NCBI GenBank assembly: GCA_039809245.1
Contig: JBDHUP010000002.1
Coordinates: forward strand, 75,188-139,187
DNA length: 64,000 nucleotides
DNA from: Minisyncoccia bacterium
GTDB lineage: Bacteria > Patescibacteriota > Minisyncoccia > Phycocordibacterales > UBA9973
Reading direction: 5' to 3'
The translations under genes and the position numbers were made by a program. Under the pieces are notes generated by a model. It saw only the letters and a program-made list of their open reading frames with translations, was not told the DNA's origin and made no database searches. Of the stretch, positions 31,070 to 41,828 are shown one piece after another (within the stretch, counting starts at the first letter, position 1; every line of letters starts with the position of its first letter).

Positions 31070-32998
31070 TTATAAGTATACTACTGTTTCCCCGCTCGGA
31101 GGTTTACCTTGTTCGAATTCTGTTAGGTGTTCTGGTATATCATAAATAAATTCACTAGGAGTATTTACTTGTTTCATACCGAAAATTGTTCGAAGTTGAG
31201 CATATGATAAATACAATCTGTGTTCTGCGCGAGTTAGAGCAACATAGAAAAGTCTACGTTCTTCTTCGGCATCTTCTTTTGTTTTATTCCCTGCCCGAGT
31301 ATGAGGAAACAGATCTTGTTCAAGTCCTGTAATGAAAACATATTTAAACTCAAGTCCTTTTGAAGCATGAACAGTCATCAATCTCACCCCACTATTTTTA
31401 TGCATTAGAGTATCTTGATCACTAGATAGTGCCGCGTCTTCTAGCAGCTTTTCTATTCCTTCACCTTGAGGCACTGTGTCGTATTTTGTAGCTAAAGTTA
31501 CTAATTCCCTCATATTTTCCAAGCGTTCTTGCTCGTCAGTCGTTCCACGAGCAAGTTCTTCTTCAAGTCCTGTTTTCTGAATTACATACCTTACAGATTC
31601 TGATGGAGTATGTGAGTCTGTATACTCTCTTATATCATCAAGCAATAAATAAAATTTATTTATTTTTTCTTGCATGGTTTTCGGTAGATTGGTAAATTGA
31701 TTTGAGAAAAGTTTAACAATAGTAACCTTACCTATTCCACGAGCTGGAATATTTATAATTCTTTTTATATCCGACAAACTTTCTTTATTATAAGCTGCCC
31801 TTATATATGAGAGTACGTCTTTAATTTCTTTTCTTTCAAAAAATTTAACACCAAGAACTTGATAAGGAATTTGTCTTCCAAGTAGCGCTTCTTCTAAGAC
31901 ACGTGACTGAAAGTTAGCGCGGTATAGTATAGCAATGTCTTCGGGTTTATTTTCACCAAGTAATTCATCTATCTTACTTGCTACATAGGAAGCCTCACTC
32001 CCCTCATCGTAAGCTTCATACACGCTTATCTGATCACCTAGTTTGTTCTCGGTGAATAGTGTTTTAGAAACTCGATATGTATTTTTTTCTATAACAGCAT
32101 TAGCGGCTTCAATAATATTTTTAGTTGAACGATAATTTTGTTCAAGAAGAATTATCTTTGCATTCGGGTAATCTTTCTCGAAGTGAAGCATATTCTTTAT
32201 GTTGGCTCCTCTCCAACTATAAATATTCTGATCAGTATCACCGACAACACAAATATTCTCATTTTTACCGACTAATAATTTTGTTAATTCATATTGAACT
32301 TCATTGGTATCTTGGTACTCATCTACATGTATGTATTTCCATCTTTCTTGGTATTTCATTTTTACCTCAGGGTACTTTTTTAGTATTTGTACTGTTTCGA
32401 TAAGTAGATCATCAAAGTCTAGAGCCTTTTCATTCTTTAGGGCTATTTCGTAGTCGCGCCAGAGTACAGCGACAATACTTCCAAAAGAACTGTTTACATT
32501 TTGACTATAAGATTCCTGGGTTATAAAATCTCCTTTTGATTTTGAAATGACACTTTTTATTTTGCGAGGCTCATATTGTTTCGGATCTATGTCACGAGCT
32601 TTCATAGCATCTTTTAAGATAACTAGAGCATCGTGTTCATCCGCAATCGCGAAGTGCTTAGTTAGACCTATAAGATGTGCATTTTCTTTTATAATATGAA
32701 CTCCAAGGGCATGAAAAGTAGAAACAAAAGGCAATTCAGCGTTATAAATAGAGTTGTTACCATGGATTGGTTGGTCTAAAAGGGATACCACTCGATCCCT
32801 CATTTCTTTAGCGGCCTTATTTGTGAATGTTACTGCAAGTATCGATGAAGGTGCTATACCTTGGTGGATTAGGTGGATTATCCTATGAGTAATTGTTTTT
32901 GTCTTCCCTGCGCCAGCTCCAGCTACTATCAAAAGAGGTCCGTCTGTATATAGTACGGCCTCTTTTTGCTTATCATTTAGAGATTCTAGGTAGTCCAT
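31070..32998 (-). CDS. pcrA: ATP-dependent DNA helicase PcrA/UvrD
   Basis: AGAGAGKT, VDEYQDTN, QNYRST, TVHASKGLEF, EERRLFYVALTRA. Confidence 0.95.
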   Translation of the reverse strand: MDYLESLNDKQKEAVLYTDGPLLIVAGAGAGKTKTITHRIIHLIHQGIAPSSILAVTFTNKAAKEMRDRVVSLLDQPIHGNNSIYNAELPFVSTFHALGVHIIKENAHLIGLTKHFAIADEHDALVILKDAMKARDIDPKQYEPRKIKSVISKSKGDFITQESYSQNVNSSFGSIVAVLWRDYEIALKNEKALDFDDLLIETVQILKKYPEVKMKYQERWKYIHVDEYQDTNEVQYELTKLLVGKNENICVVGDTDQNIYSWRGANIKNMLHFEKDYPNAKIILLEQNYRSTKNIIEAANAVIEKNTYRVSKTLFTENKLGDQISVYEAYDEGSEASYVASKIDELLGENKPEDIAILYRANFQSRVLEEALLGRQIPYQVLGVKFFERKEIKDVLSYIRAAYNKESLSDIKRIINIPARGIGKVTIVKLFSNQFTNLPKTMQEKINKFYLLLDDIREYTDSHTPSESVRYVIQKTGLEEELARGTTDEQERLENMRELVTLATKYDTVPQGEGIEKLLEDAALSSDQDTLMHKNSGVRLMTVHASKGLEFKYVFITGLEQDLFPHTRAGNKTKEDAEEERRLFYVALTRAEHRLYLSYAQLRTIFGMKQVNTPSEFIYDIPEHLTEFEQGKPPSGETVVYL

Positions 32999-33392
32999 GT
33001 GCTTGCATTATAGCACTTATCTAAGTAATAGCTTTTATTATTGTCAAAAACTATAAAATATGTTCCAATACTTGATTTTTTACCATAAAATAAGGCTATA
33101 TTAGACTCTGTGTATTATGTTGTTGACTAAAAACTCCACATTAGATAGGCTTTATAGATAGGGGTCTATAAGAGGATTCCTTCTGCCGAACAGAAGAAAA
33201 GCTTTATTTTGTAGCTATTCCAGAGACGATCGTAACAATCACATTGATACCATATATAATTACAGCCTTCACTTTTGTGGTCGCACTGTAATTCCCAAAT
33301 GGGGTGGTCTCAATATGATTAATTAATCTAGGCTTATTTTACTAAAAACAAAAGATTCGAATGGTAATTCTGATGGTCAGAATAGCCAAAAG

Positions 33393-34553
33393 ATGAAAAT
33401 ATCATTATTTATCAAGCCTTCAGTTGCCAAGGCCTGCCTTTTTGCGATTTTTGTTATTTATTTAGTTGGCCAGCCTGTATTTGCATATGCTGGCTTTTTC
33501 TCTGGTTTATTTACGAAAATTCTTGGAACCGAAGCTCAAGCTACAGTAGTACCTGTAATAGAAGATGATTCTCCTGTAATTCATAATTCTCAAACTGTTC
33601 CACTTCTTGAATCTGGAGGAGCTAACCCGGACCTCAAAAATATTAAAGATGATCCACAAGTCCTTATTGTTTCAGGAGAAGCACTTTTACCTAATAATAA
33701 TCCATTAGCAGATGATGATGGTGAGTTGGATAAGTATGGTTCTTCTGAAAAAATTGACGTTTATATAGTGAAAGAAGGCGACACCTTACTTGGAATAGCT
33801 AATAAATTAAAGGTTTCTTCAGATACTATCCTTGCAGCTAACACTGATCTAAAAAAGGAAGATTTACTAAAAGTTGGTCAACACCTCGTTATTATTGGTC
33901 TAAAAGATGGAATTAAAACTACCCCTACAAGTGAGTCTAAACCTATAGCAAAAGAAGAAAAACCAGAACCAGCAAAAGTTGAAGCTCCTGCTACTCCAAA
34001 GGAGCCAGATCTAGATCCAGCTGTCCAAGAAAAGGCAAGACAAGACTATCTAAAAGCGATAGCTGAAAAGGAAGCACAGACTCAAAATGCTTTACCTCAA
34101 ACACCCGAACAATCTGCTCCAGTTGAGAATGAACAAAGTGGCCAGCCAAAAGGTACAATAGTTGGAGGTTATATATGGCCATTCCCAACAGGAGTTGGAC
34201 GTGTCTCACAAGGTTTGCATGCTGACAATGCGTATGACTTCGCAGCACCAAAGAATACTCCAATCTATGCTATTCAAAGTGGAACAGTCTTTATTGCTCA
34301 TCCTACTGGATATAATGGAGGGTTCGGTAAGTATGTAGTTATAAACTTTGAGGATGGTCGCCAAGCAATCTTTGGTCATATGAATAGTGTGGCGGTTAGT
34401 ACTGGTGATGTAGTTAAACAAGGTGATGTAATAGGATTTGTTGGAACAACTGGAAAGTCTACAGGTTATCATACACACATAGGATTCCACGGACCTCTTA
34501 GTAACCCATATAAAGGATTGAAAGTTAATAGTACAACAGTTGATCATGACTAA
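33393..34553 (+). CDS. LysM + M23-family peptidoglycan endopeptidase
   Basis: YIVKEGDTL.GIA (LysM); WP...RVSQGLH..NAYD, YNGGFG.YV, GH, TG.STG.HTH. Confidence 0.9.
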   Translation: MKISLFIKPSVAKACLFAIFVIYLVGQPVFAYAGFFSGLFTKILGTEAQATVVPVIEDDSPVIHNSQTVPLLESGGANPDLKNIKDDPQVLIVSGEALLPNNNPLADDDGELDKYGSSEKIDVYIVKEGDTLLGIANKLKVSSDTILAANTDLKKEDLLKVGQHLVIIGLKDGIKTTPTSESKPIAKEEKPEPAKVEAPATPKEPDLDPAVQEKARQDYLKAIAEKEAQTQNALPQTPEQSAPVENEQSGQPKGTIVGGYIWPFPTGVGRVSQGLHADNAYDFAAPKNTPIYAIQSGTVFIAHPTGYNGGFGKYVVINFEDGRQAIFGHMNSVAVSTGDVVKQGDVIGFVGTTGKSTGYHTHIGFHGPLSNPYKGLKVNSTTVDHD

Positions 34554-34845
34554 TAAAAATAAAATTTTAATAGCTTTTAGCGTCTTACTTTTAATAGTAA
34601 CACCCGTTGTAACAGTTGAAATTCCTCAAGTAGCTTATGCTCATGAGAGTGTAATAGCTACAAACGCGATGCTTGCTCTTGCAAATACGACAATAAAGCC
34701 AACACCAAAACCAGTCGCAGTTGCAAAGCCAGTCGTTAAGAAAAAAGTTGTCGCTAAAAAGAAAGTAGTAAAAAAGAGGAAAGAAAAACTAACTATTACT
34801 CCTCCACTCTTCACTCCAGATACAGCCCCACATACAGGAAGATAA
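34546..34845 (+). CDS. Small secreted Lys/Pro-rich hypothetical protein
   Basis: Signal peptide ending in AYA, basic low-complexity tail. Confidence 0.6.
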   Translation: MTNKNKILIAFSVLLLIVTPVVTVEIPQVAYAHESVIATNAMLALANTTIKPTPKPVAVAKPVVKKKVVAKKKVVKKRKEKLTITPPLFTPDTAPHTGR

Positions 34846-34872
34846 AATCCCCGACAGAATCGGGGATTTTAT
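34842..34872. terminator. Bidirectional terminator
   Basis: ataaaatccccga-cagaa-tcggggattttat. Confidence 0.85.
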
Positions 34873-36557
34873 TATGAAACTTCTTGTTGGTAGCAACTCT
34901 CACAGTAAACTATTTCTTTTCTATCTGGGGAATATGTAGTTTCAAAATTTTCTTTACAATGCTCCCCACTGTGATTCATATGATTTTCTTTATCGCACAT
35001 ACAAGAGCGAGCCCAAAGTTTTCTAGGATTTCTCTTACTCATTCTATTTTGGTGGCGGCATTCAAAGTCTTTGTGTGGAATTGGTAACCCCATTCTTTTG
35101 TAAAATTCAACTTCTGCCTGAGTTAATTTAAAATTTTTTCCGCATTCATTACAAGCAAATATTTCAGATAAAACTCCTTCGGGTATTTTCTCACATGTAT
35201 TTGGCATATTTTCTTCACTAATTGTTTCTTTACCAAATGTTCCAGTTGATTTCTCTTGCCAACTAAAACCTCTTTTTGTTGCCTCATCTCTTGTTAAAGG
35301 TAAAAAATCTTGAGCTAAAGATTCATTATAGCTAAATGGAGCAACGTCGCTTGGGAAAAATTGTCCATAGGTTCCGTCTTTTTTCATATTTTCACAGATT
35401 TTTTCTTTTAACTCAGAATATTCTTCTTTTGTGTATTGCTTGTTTAATATCATATACTCACCTTTTCTTACAGCTTCACAACCAAAAGAACTTGTTAAAT
35501 GGTGACAATTTTCACAGTATGCAACCTCATTTGAATAAAATATAAAAGCTGAATTTTTTGATTTGCTTATCTGCATCGCTCCCATCACGTTGTAACCAAA
35601 TTCACATTTATAGTAGTAATTATTACAATCCCAACTATCAGTTGGGCCCTCTGTATCTTTCATATAAGAGCAATTTTTTGCATCATAGGTGTCGTACAAC
35701 ATTACTCCATCATAACAATTATGTATATAGTCTCCTGTGACATTTTGGCACTTTGTTTGATTAGTATATTTTACGATTAGATTTAGTTTAAGTTTTTCGA
35801 ATTCTTTTTTTGCTTCTTCTATATTCTCATAACTTGATAGAATTTCAGATTTCTTTTTTTCATATTCATCCTTTGTATATTTAATATTTAAAATACAATT
35901 AGACATATTTCGTCCATTGGTACAAAAGATACAATTATTGGAGTTGCGCATGTTATAGCAAAACAATAAATCGCTGGAATCTTGGCATTGTTCAGAATAC
36001 ATACATCTAAAACATTTTCTAATATCTATGCACTCATAACACAGTTCAGATTCGTGTATAAAAGCGCAATCAACACAAAATTTATCTCGTTGAAGTAATC
36101 TACCATACATACAATCTTCATTGTAATCAGCAGCGAAAACTAGATAACAATCTTTATTTTCTGCAGAACCATTTGTGTAGTCACTCCTTACATTATTAAA
36201 TGCTACAAGACTTAGTCTAGGAACTTTCATTTGTAATTCTCTCCATTGATCAAAGAATGATCTGCTTAAATCATAATCCATAGCAAAATCTCTCGCATCC
36301 CACTTGTCGCTCCACCAACAATCATGACAATAAACTGTAAAATTAGAATCTTGTGTGTAAAGAGATACAATATCTTTTTCACAAAGATCACACTTTCTTT
36401 TATATAAAGTCCTCTCATTTCTAAAAGCTAAACGTCTAGCCATACGACAATCTGGGCAATCAACTGGTGAAACCGTATCCATCTGCTCATAAAAAACCAT
36501 ATCTTCATCACGAATTTCAAACTCCTTCGAACATGTTTTACAATTTTGTTTTGTCAT
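34872..36557 (-). CDS. Cys-rich CPR-type protein (Zn-ribbons, Cys repeats, CxxC-x17-CxxC); paralog of 49209..50906
   Basis: C..C..EF.I...D, CPDCR..RR, YC..CWWSD.WD, C-terminal YCE.CYQQE. Confidence 0.85.
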   Translation of the reverse strand: MTKQNCKTCSKEFEIRDEDMVFYEQMDTVSPVDCPDCRMARRLAFRNERTLYKRKCDLCEKDIVSLYTQDSNFTVYCHDCWWSDKWDARDFAMDYDLSRSFFDQWRELQMKVPRLSLVAFNNVRSDYTNGSAENKDCYLVFAADYNEDCMYGRLLQRDKFCVDCAFIHESELCYECIDIRKCFRCMYSEQCQDSSDLLFCYNMRNSNNCIFCTNGRNMSNCILNIKYTKDEYEKKKSEILSSYENIEEAKKEFEKLKLNLIVKYTNQTKCQNVTGDYIHNCYDGVMLYDTYDAKNCSYMKDTEGPTDSWDCNNYYYKCEFGYNVMGAMQISKSKNSAFIFYSNEVAYCENCHHLTSSFGCEAVRKGEYMILNKQYTKEEYSELKEKICENMKKDGTYGQFFPSDVAPFSYNESLAQDFLPLTRDEATKRGFSWQEKSTGTFGKETISEENMPNTCEKIPEGVLSEIFACNECGKNFKLTQAEVEFYKRMGLPIPHKDFECRHQNRMSKRNPRKLWARSCMCDKENHMNHSGEHCKENFETTYSPDRKEIVYCESCYQQEVS

Positions 36558-36605
36558 ATATCTTATCACCTGATTCTACTCATAAAGTGATAAAAAGCAA
36601 AGTTT

Positions 36606-38186
36606 TTATGAAATCATTCTCGGTCTATATTGTAGTGCTTCTAGGATGTGGGGAGTTGTTATATGTTCACTTCCTTCTAAGTCGGCGATGGTGCGGGCGA
36701 GCTTGATGACGCGGTGATAAGCACGAGCAGAGAGTTGGAGTCTTTCAGCTGAGTCATTCAGTAATTTTTTTATTTCTGATGAGAGCGGTGCATAGATGGC
36801 CAGGTCTTTCACATTCATTTCGCTGTTAGTGTTTATTTTCCTAGAATTATTGTGAGTCGATTTAAATCTTTTTGTCTGTATCTCTCTAGCTTTTCTAACT
36901 CTCTCTTTTATTGATTGAGTCTTTTCTCCTATTTGTTCTGTCTCTGAGAGTTTATCATAATCAACAGCTCCGACTGTCACCCATATATCTATACGATCCA
37001 TTATAGGCCCTGAGAGTTTGCGAGTGTATCTATCGAGATCATTTGGTTTACAGATACATTCTTTCTTTTTATTTCCTTTATTCCCACACGGGCATGGGTT
37101 CATAGCTGCGACTAGAATAAAGTTCGATGGGAATATTGCTGAACCTCGAGCACGAGAGATAGATACTATATTGTCTTCGAGTGGTTGTCTTAGTGATTCG
37201 AGGACTCTTTTTTCAAACTCTGGAAACTCATCCAAGAAAAGTACTCCACGATGAGCAAGTGTAACTTCACCTGGTTTAGGGTTTGCTCCACCACCGATCA
37301 TAGATACATAGCTTGCAGTATGATGCGGAGCCCTAAATGGAGGTTCAGTTATAAGTGAATCATCGAGTAATCCAACTACAGAATGGATGCCCGTTATCTC
37401 TAAAGCTTCATCTGTTTTTAAATCTGGAAGGATGTGCGAGAAGACACGAGCAAGCATCGTCTTCCCTGTGCCTGGAGGTCCTGACATAGCGATATTGTGC
37501 CCACCTGCTGCGGCAATCTCAAGTCCGCGCTTTGCGCCTTCTTGTCCACGAATATCTGAGAAATCGATGTCGTGGGTTTTCTTTGTAATTTTTATTTCAG
37601 TTTTTGGTTGAGGTTTTAGTTTTGATCTTTCTGGTTCAACAGGGTTACCTTTCTTGTCATATTTTATTTTATAAATATGATCTATTACTTCTTTTAAATT
37701 ATGTGCCCCATAGATAGTAATACCATCGACAAGAGCAGCTTCCTCAGCATTTGCTATTGGTAAGAATATTTCTTTATACCCCAGTTTCTTGGCTGCTTCG
37801 GCAAGAGGCAGAGCTCCTTTGATAGGCTGGAGTTCTCCATTTAGTGAAAGTTCTCCTAAAAAGATGCGGCCTTCTGGATCGAAATCTATTTCTTCGGCTG
37901 ATAGTAAGTATGCAAGTGCAATAGCAAGATCAAAATACGGTCCTTCTTTTTTTAAATCAGCTGGTGAAAGTGAGATAACTATTTTCTGGTTTTGATTTTT
38001 TGGTGAAGCAAATCCAGAATTCTTAAGAGCAGAACTCATTCGGTCTTTTGATTCATCGACAGCTTTGTCTGGCAAGCCAACAAGGGTAAAAGCGTGAAGA
38101 GTATTTTTCGTGATATCTACTTCAACTGTAACTATCTTTCCTTTTAGTAAATGTATTTGTGCAGAGTAAACTCTTGAAAACGACAT
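36606..38186 (-). CDS. comM: ComM/YifB Mg-chelatase-like AAA ATPase
   Basis: VGLPDKAVDES, SPADLKKEG, GPPGTGKTM, LAHRGVLFLDE, AMNPCPCG, LARTIADL. Confidence 0.95.
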   Translation of the reverse strand: MSFSRVYSAQIHLLKGKIVTVEVDITKNTLHAFTLVGLPDKAVDESKDRMSSALKNSGFASPKNQNQKIVISLSPADLKKEGPYFDLAIALAYLLSAEEIDFDPEGRIFLGELSLNGELQPIKGALPLAEAAKKLGYKEIFLPIANAEEAALVDGITIYGAHNLKEVIDHIYKIKYDKKGNPVEPERSKLKPQPKTEIKITKKTHDIDFSDIRGQEGAKRGLEIAAAGGHNIAMSGPPGTGKTMLARVFSHILPDLKTDEALEITGIHSVVGLLDDSLITEPPFRAPHHTASYVSMIGGGANPKPGEVTLAHRGVLFLDEFPEFEKRVLESLRQPLEDNIVSISRARGSAIFPSNFILVAAMNPCPCGNKGNKKKECICKPNDLDRYTRKLSGPIMDRIDIWVTVGAVDYDKLSETEQIGEKTQSIKERVRKAREIQTKRFKSTHNNSRKINTNSEMNVKDLAIYAPLSSEIKKLLNDSAERLQLSARAYHRVIKLARTIADLEGSEHITTPHILEALQYRPRMIS

Positions 38187-38225
38187 AAAATATAAAAGCC
38201 CAAAGGGCTTCTTTGGGCTTTTAAA

Positions 38226-38585
38226 CTATACGACCTTCTCCATACATGCTTTGCATGTTTGTGCTGCAGGGTTTGCTTCTAAGCGGTCTTCTTCAATCTT
38301 ATTACCGCATGATTTACATATCCCATAAGTTCCATTCTCGATTTCCTTCAATGCATTGTTTATGTCTTCAAGTCGTAGTTCTAGGGCTGTCATTACTCCT
38401 GTTCTTTCTTCGAAGTCCTCTGCTCTATCTGATCTATCATTCTCATCTGCTTCAGGCATATCTTGAGATTCTGGAACTGTTTCCCACTCTCCAGTTTTTT
38501 TATCGATTCTCCCTATATCACTAAGCTCGCTTTCTACAAGCTTTTTCTCTTCTTCTAATTTCTTTTTATTATTTTCTATATTCAT
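38226..38585 (-). CDS. TraR/DksA C4-type zinc finger protein
   Basis: DENDRSD coiled-coil tip; GTYGICKSCG..I..DRLEANP.A.TC..C. Confidence 0.88.
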   Translation of the reverse strand: MNIENNKKKLEEEKKLVESELSDIGRIDKKTGEWETVPESQDMPEADENDRSDRAEDFEERTGVMTALELRLEDINNALKEIENGTYGICKSCGNKIEEDRLEANPAAQTCKACMEKVV

Positions 38586-38623
38586 ATATTTAAATAGTAT
38601 CATTAATCTTATAAATGGCAATA

Positions 38624-39523
38624 TTACAATGGCTTCGCCTTTTTGATCAATAATCGCCCTGTTACTTCTCTAATAGTATCTTTATTATCTGTAATAATAA
38701 GACTGTTTTTATCTGCAAATATGTAATATAGGATTTCATTACTTCTTCTGTCGGTTAAAATGCGAGCATCTTTATTGTCGATAATAATGTCCCCCCACGG
38801 TTTTTCAAGTAGTTTATTATTATCACCAGTTACATCTATGTTAAATATTGCAAACATATTATCAAGTAAGGTTTTCTCCCAAGTTAGCATTCCAGCGTAT
38901 GAGATATTGTAGTCTTTTGTTTGTATAACAATAAAAAGATGTTGTCTACTATCTCCTGCTGGTTTGTAAGTACCGATCATGTATTCATCATTAAATGAAC
39001 GGATTAGTGATGCAGGAGCTGTTACCTTAATCAAAGAGAACAAATCAGAAAGAGGTAGTAATTCCTGCTTTTCATTTACTAGGTGTGTTAGGAATATCGC
39101 TTTCACTTTTCCTTCATCTAACTCATTATTAGTCTCTGTTTTGATTAATGAAGCTATATCATTTACATTAAGCGCACCACTTGCATCTATAAATACCTGA
39201 TCATCGTAAGAGATAACCGATTCTATGTTTTTGGTGATTTGGGTAACGACATTCTGAGCTTCTTTCTTCTTTTTGATAAAGTATATTCCACCAACAGCTA
39301 GTCCAATAATTATCAGACCGCCGAGGAAAAGGAAAACCTTCGATGTTTTGGTTACCTGAGCTTCTTTATAGACTTCTTCTTGTTCATGCTTCTTCTGTTC
39401 AGCAAGTGCCACTTTTATAACTGATGCTTCGTTCATTCGAACAGCATCAGCCATATCTGAAGAATATGTATGAATGGTTTTTATATTCTCGGTAATATTA
39501 TTTTTTATTTCTTTTTCATCCAT
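38624..39523 (-). CDS. Single-TM hypothetical protein
   Basis: IHTYSSDM.DA N-terminus, one TM, YAGML.WE motif. Confidence 0.7.
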   Translation of the reverse strand: MDEKEIKNNITENIKTIHTYSSDMADAVRMNEASVIKVALAEQKKHEQEEVYKEAQVTKTSKVFLFLGGLIIIGLAVGGIYFIKKKKEAQNVVTQITKNIESVISYDDQVFIDASGALNVNDIASLIKTETNNELDEGKVKAIFLTHLVNEKQELLPLSDLFSLIKVTAPASLIRSFNDEYMIGTYKPAGDSRQHLFIVIQTKDYNISYAGMLTWEKTLLDNMFAIFNIDVTGDNNKLLEKPWGDIIIDNKDARILTDRRSNEILYYIFADKNSLIITDNKDTIREVTGRLLIKKAKPL

Positions 39524-39531
39524 TTCTTATA

Positions 39532-41655
39532 CTAAACCTTTGGTTTGAAGAAATTGTTGTCTGCTTCTTTGATTGAAAGATTAAGACGACCTTTTTCATC
39601 AACCTTAATTATTTTAACAGGCACAATGTCTCCTTCTTTAAGAATATCAGAAACTTTCTCAACACGAAATGGTGCAATCTCAGATACATGGACTAAGCCT
39701 TCAGTTCCACTTGCGATTCGAACGAATGCCCCGAAGTCCATTAGTTTTACTACGACACCTTCTGCAGTGTCTCCAACTGCATACTCATGAGTCATATCTT
39801 CGATAATTTTCTTTGCTTTTTCTGCCCCACCATTCTTACCTGTTACAAAAACTGTTCCATCTTCTTCAATAGTTATTTCTGCTCCGGTTGCTTCTCTGAT
39901 TGCATTTACATTTTTACCCCCTGGACCTATAACCATACCAATCTGATCTTTCTTTATCTTTACTACTAGAATCATTGGAGCATTTGGAGAGATAGATTTT
40001 CTTGGCTCAGCAATTTCTTTTGTTATTGTCTCTAGAATTTTTAATCGAGCTTCCTTTGCTTTTCCTAAAGCTTCTTTAAGAATGTTTGGGTTTATCCCAT
40101 CTACTTTTACATCTAGTTGTATTGCAGTAATACCATCTTTTGTTCCTGCCACTTTGAAGTCCATATCACCATAATGATCTTCAGGTCCTTGGATATCTGA
40201 AAGCAACACATACTTATTTTTATCTTTTGTATCGATCATGGCTCCAATTGAAATTCCTGCTACTGGAGTTTTAATAGGCACTCCTCCATCCATAAGAGCT
40301 ACAGTCGATGCACAGATTGATGCTTGAGAAGTAGAACCATTTGAAGCAACAGATTCAGAAACGACACGTATTGTATAAGGGAATGAAACTTTATCAGGGA
40401 TAACAGGAGTTAATGCTTTCTCGGCTAAGAATCCGTGACCCATTTCTCTACGATTAAGTCCACCGACTCTTCCAGTCTCTCCACTTGAGTATGGAGGGAA
40501 ATTGTAGTGATGCATAAAGCGTTTCTTCGCTGAGAATTCTACTGCGTCTATTGTTTGCATTGCATCAGGTCCACCTAGAGTAAGGACTGATAGAACATGA
40601 GTTTCTCCTCGATAGAATATTCCAGAACCGTGAAGCACATCTGAGATTCCCCCAGCTTTAGCATATAGACCACGGATCTCATCTAGAGCTCTTCCGTCGG
40701 CACGTACTCCTTTTATAAGAGCTGCACTGTGAAACGCATTATCGAGATAGTGATGCATATAATCCTCTGCTAGGTGCTTATCCTTCTCTTCATCTACTGT
40801 ATACTTCTCATCTACTATACTTTTCCAGAGAGCTTCTGCTTCATGAGTGACATTCTTACCATCATTACTGAATAACCTTTCATCGAGCATAGGTTTAACC
40901 TTTTCTTCAAAGAGGGCGATAACTTCAGTAGGAGTCTCTGGTTTTTCAAATAACATCTTTTCCTTACCTAATTCTTTTCTTAACTTATCTTGAAAGTCTT
41001 CCCACTTTGTGATTTCTGCTACCGCCATATCGAAGCACTTACCCATCTCCTCATCAGATAATTCGAAAGCCATAGCCTCAATCATATTAATAGTTTGTTC
41101 TTTACCACATACAAGTAAATCGAGTTCGTATACCGCCTCATCAGAATTTGGAATGTAGTCATTTATCTTTATGCTCTGGTCTTGTTTTGTTTTACTTATA
41201 TGTACTGCCCCAACTGGTCCACCCCAAGGTATATCTGATACATGAAGAGCAATTGAAGCAGCGTTAATAGCCAGAGTTTTTGGATCTGCATTTCCAATAG
41301 CGATAGTTGTGATTATAACTTGAACTGCGTTTTTGATACTTTGATCGAAAAGCGGGCGAATAGTTCTGTCTGTTACACGAGCAGCGAGTATTGCTTGATC
41401 AGAAGGTCTACCTTCTCTTCGCATAAACTGACTACCGAGAATTTTACCTGTAGCATAAAACTTCTCTAAGTACTCAACTGTTAAATTAAAGAATCCAGGA
41501 TTCTTACTCCCATCTGCTGATATCACAGCAGTAGCCATAACGACAGTCCCATCACATTTAAGGATGACTGAGCCGTTGGCTTGATCTGCTAAATCACTAA
41601 AAACTGCGGTAATTTTCTTACCACCGATTTCTACTTCGAATTCACGTTCTTGCAT
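39532..41655 (-). CDS. pnp: Polyribonucleotide nucleotidyltransferase
   Basis: RREGRP, DRTIRPLF, HYNFPPYS, SNGS.S.AS, GDMDFKVAG, KH and S1 domains. Confidence 0.97.
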   Translation of the reverse strand: MQEREFEVEIGGKKITAVFSDLADQANGSVILKCDGTVVMATAVISADGSKNPGFFNLTVEYLEKFYATGKILGSQFMRREGRPSDQAILAARVTDRTIRPLFDQSIKNAVQVIITTIAIGNADPKTLAINAASIALHVSDIPWGGPVGAVHISKTKQDQSIKINDYIPNSDEAVYELDLLVCGKEQTINMIEAMAFELSDEEMGKCFDMAVAEITKWEDFQDKLRKELGKEKMLFEKPETPTEVIALFEEKVKPMLDERLFSNDGKNVTHEAEALWKSIVDEKYTVDEEKDKHLAEDYMHHYLDNAFHSAALIKGVRADGRALDEIRGLYAKAGGISDVLHGSGIFYRGETHVLSVLTLGGPDAMQTIDAVEFSAKKRFMHHYNFPPYSSGETGRVGGLNRREMGHGFLAEKALTPVIPDKVSFPYTIRVVSESVASNGSTSQASICASTVALMDGGVPIKTPVAGISIGAMIDTKDKNKYVLLSDIQGPEDHYGDMDFKVAGTKDGITAIQLDVKVDGINPNILKEALGKAKEARLKILETITKEIAEPRKSISPNAPMILVVKIKKDQIGMVIGPGGKNVNAIREATGAEITIEEDGTVFVTGKNGGAEKAKKIIEDMTHEYAVGDTAEGVVVKLMDFGAFVRIASGTEGLVHVSEIAPFRVEKVSDILKEGDIVPVKIIKVDEKGRLNLSIKEADNNFFKPKV

Positions 41656-41665
41656 ATATTATTAG

Positions 41666-41735
41666 GCTAATCCCCAGACCCTAGTTTTGAAACACTGTAT
41701 TATATGGTTTCAACTCTATCCGTCTGGAGAATAAC
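41666..41735 (-). promoter_or_regulatory. Long leader stem-loop upstream of pnp (probable RNase III/autoregulatory hairpin)
   Basis: ttctccagac...gtctgggga outer arms with an inner gttgaaaac/gtttcaaaac helix. Confidence 0.5.
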
Positions 41736-41828
41736 AACTTGTTACTTATTAATACTTAAAGCATAGCAGAAATTGCTGGTTTTTTAAAGTTTAAAATATT
41801 TAATATAAAAAATGTTATTATGTGGATT

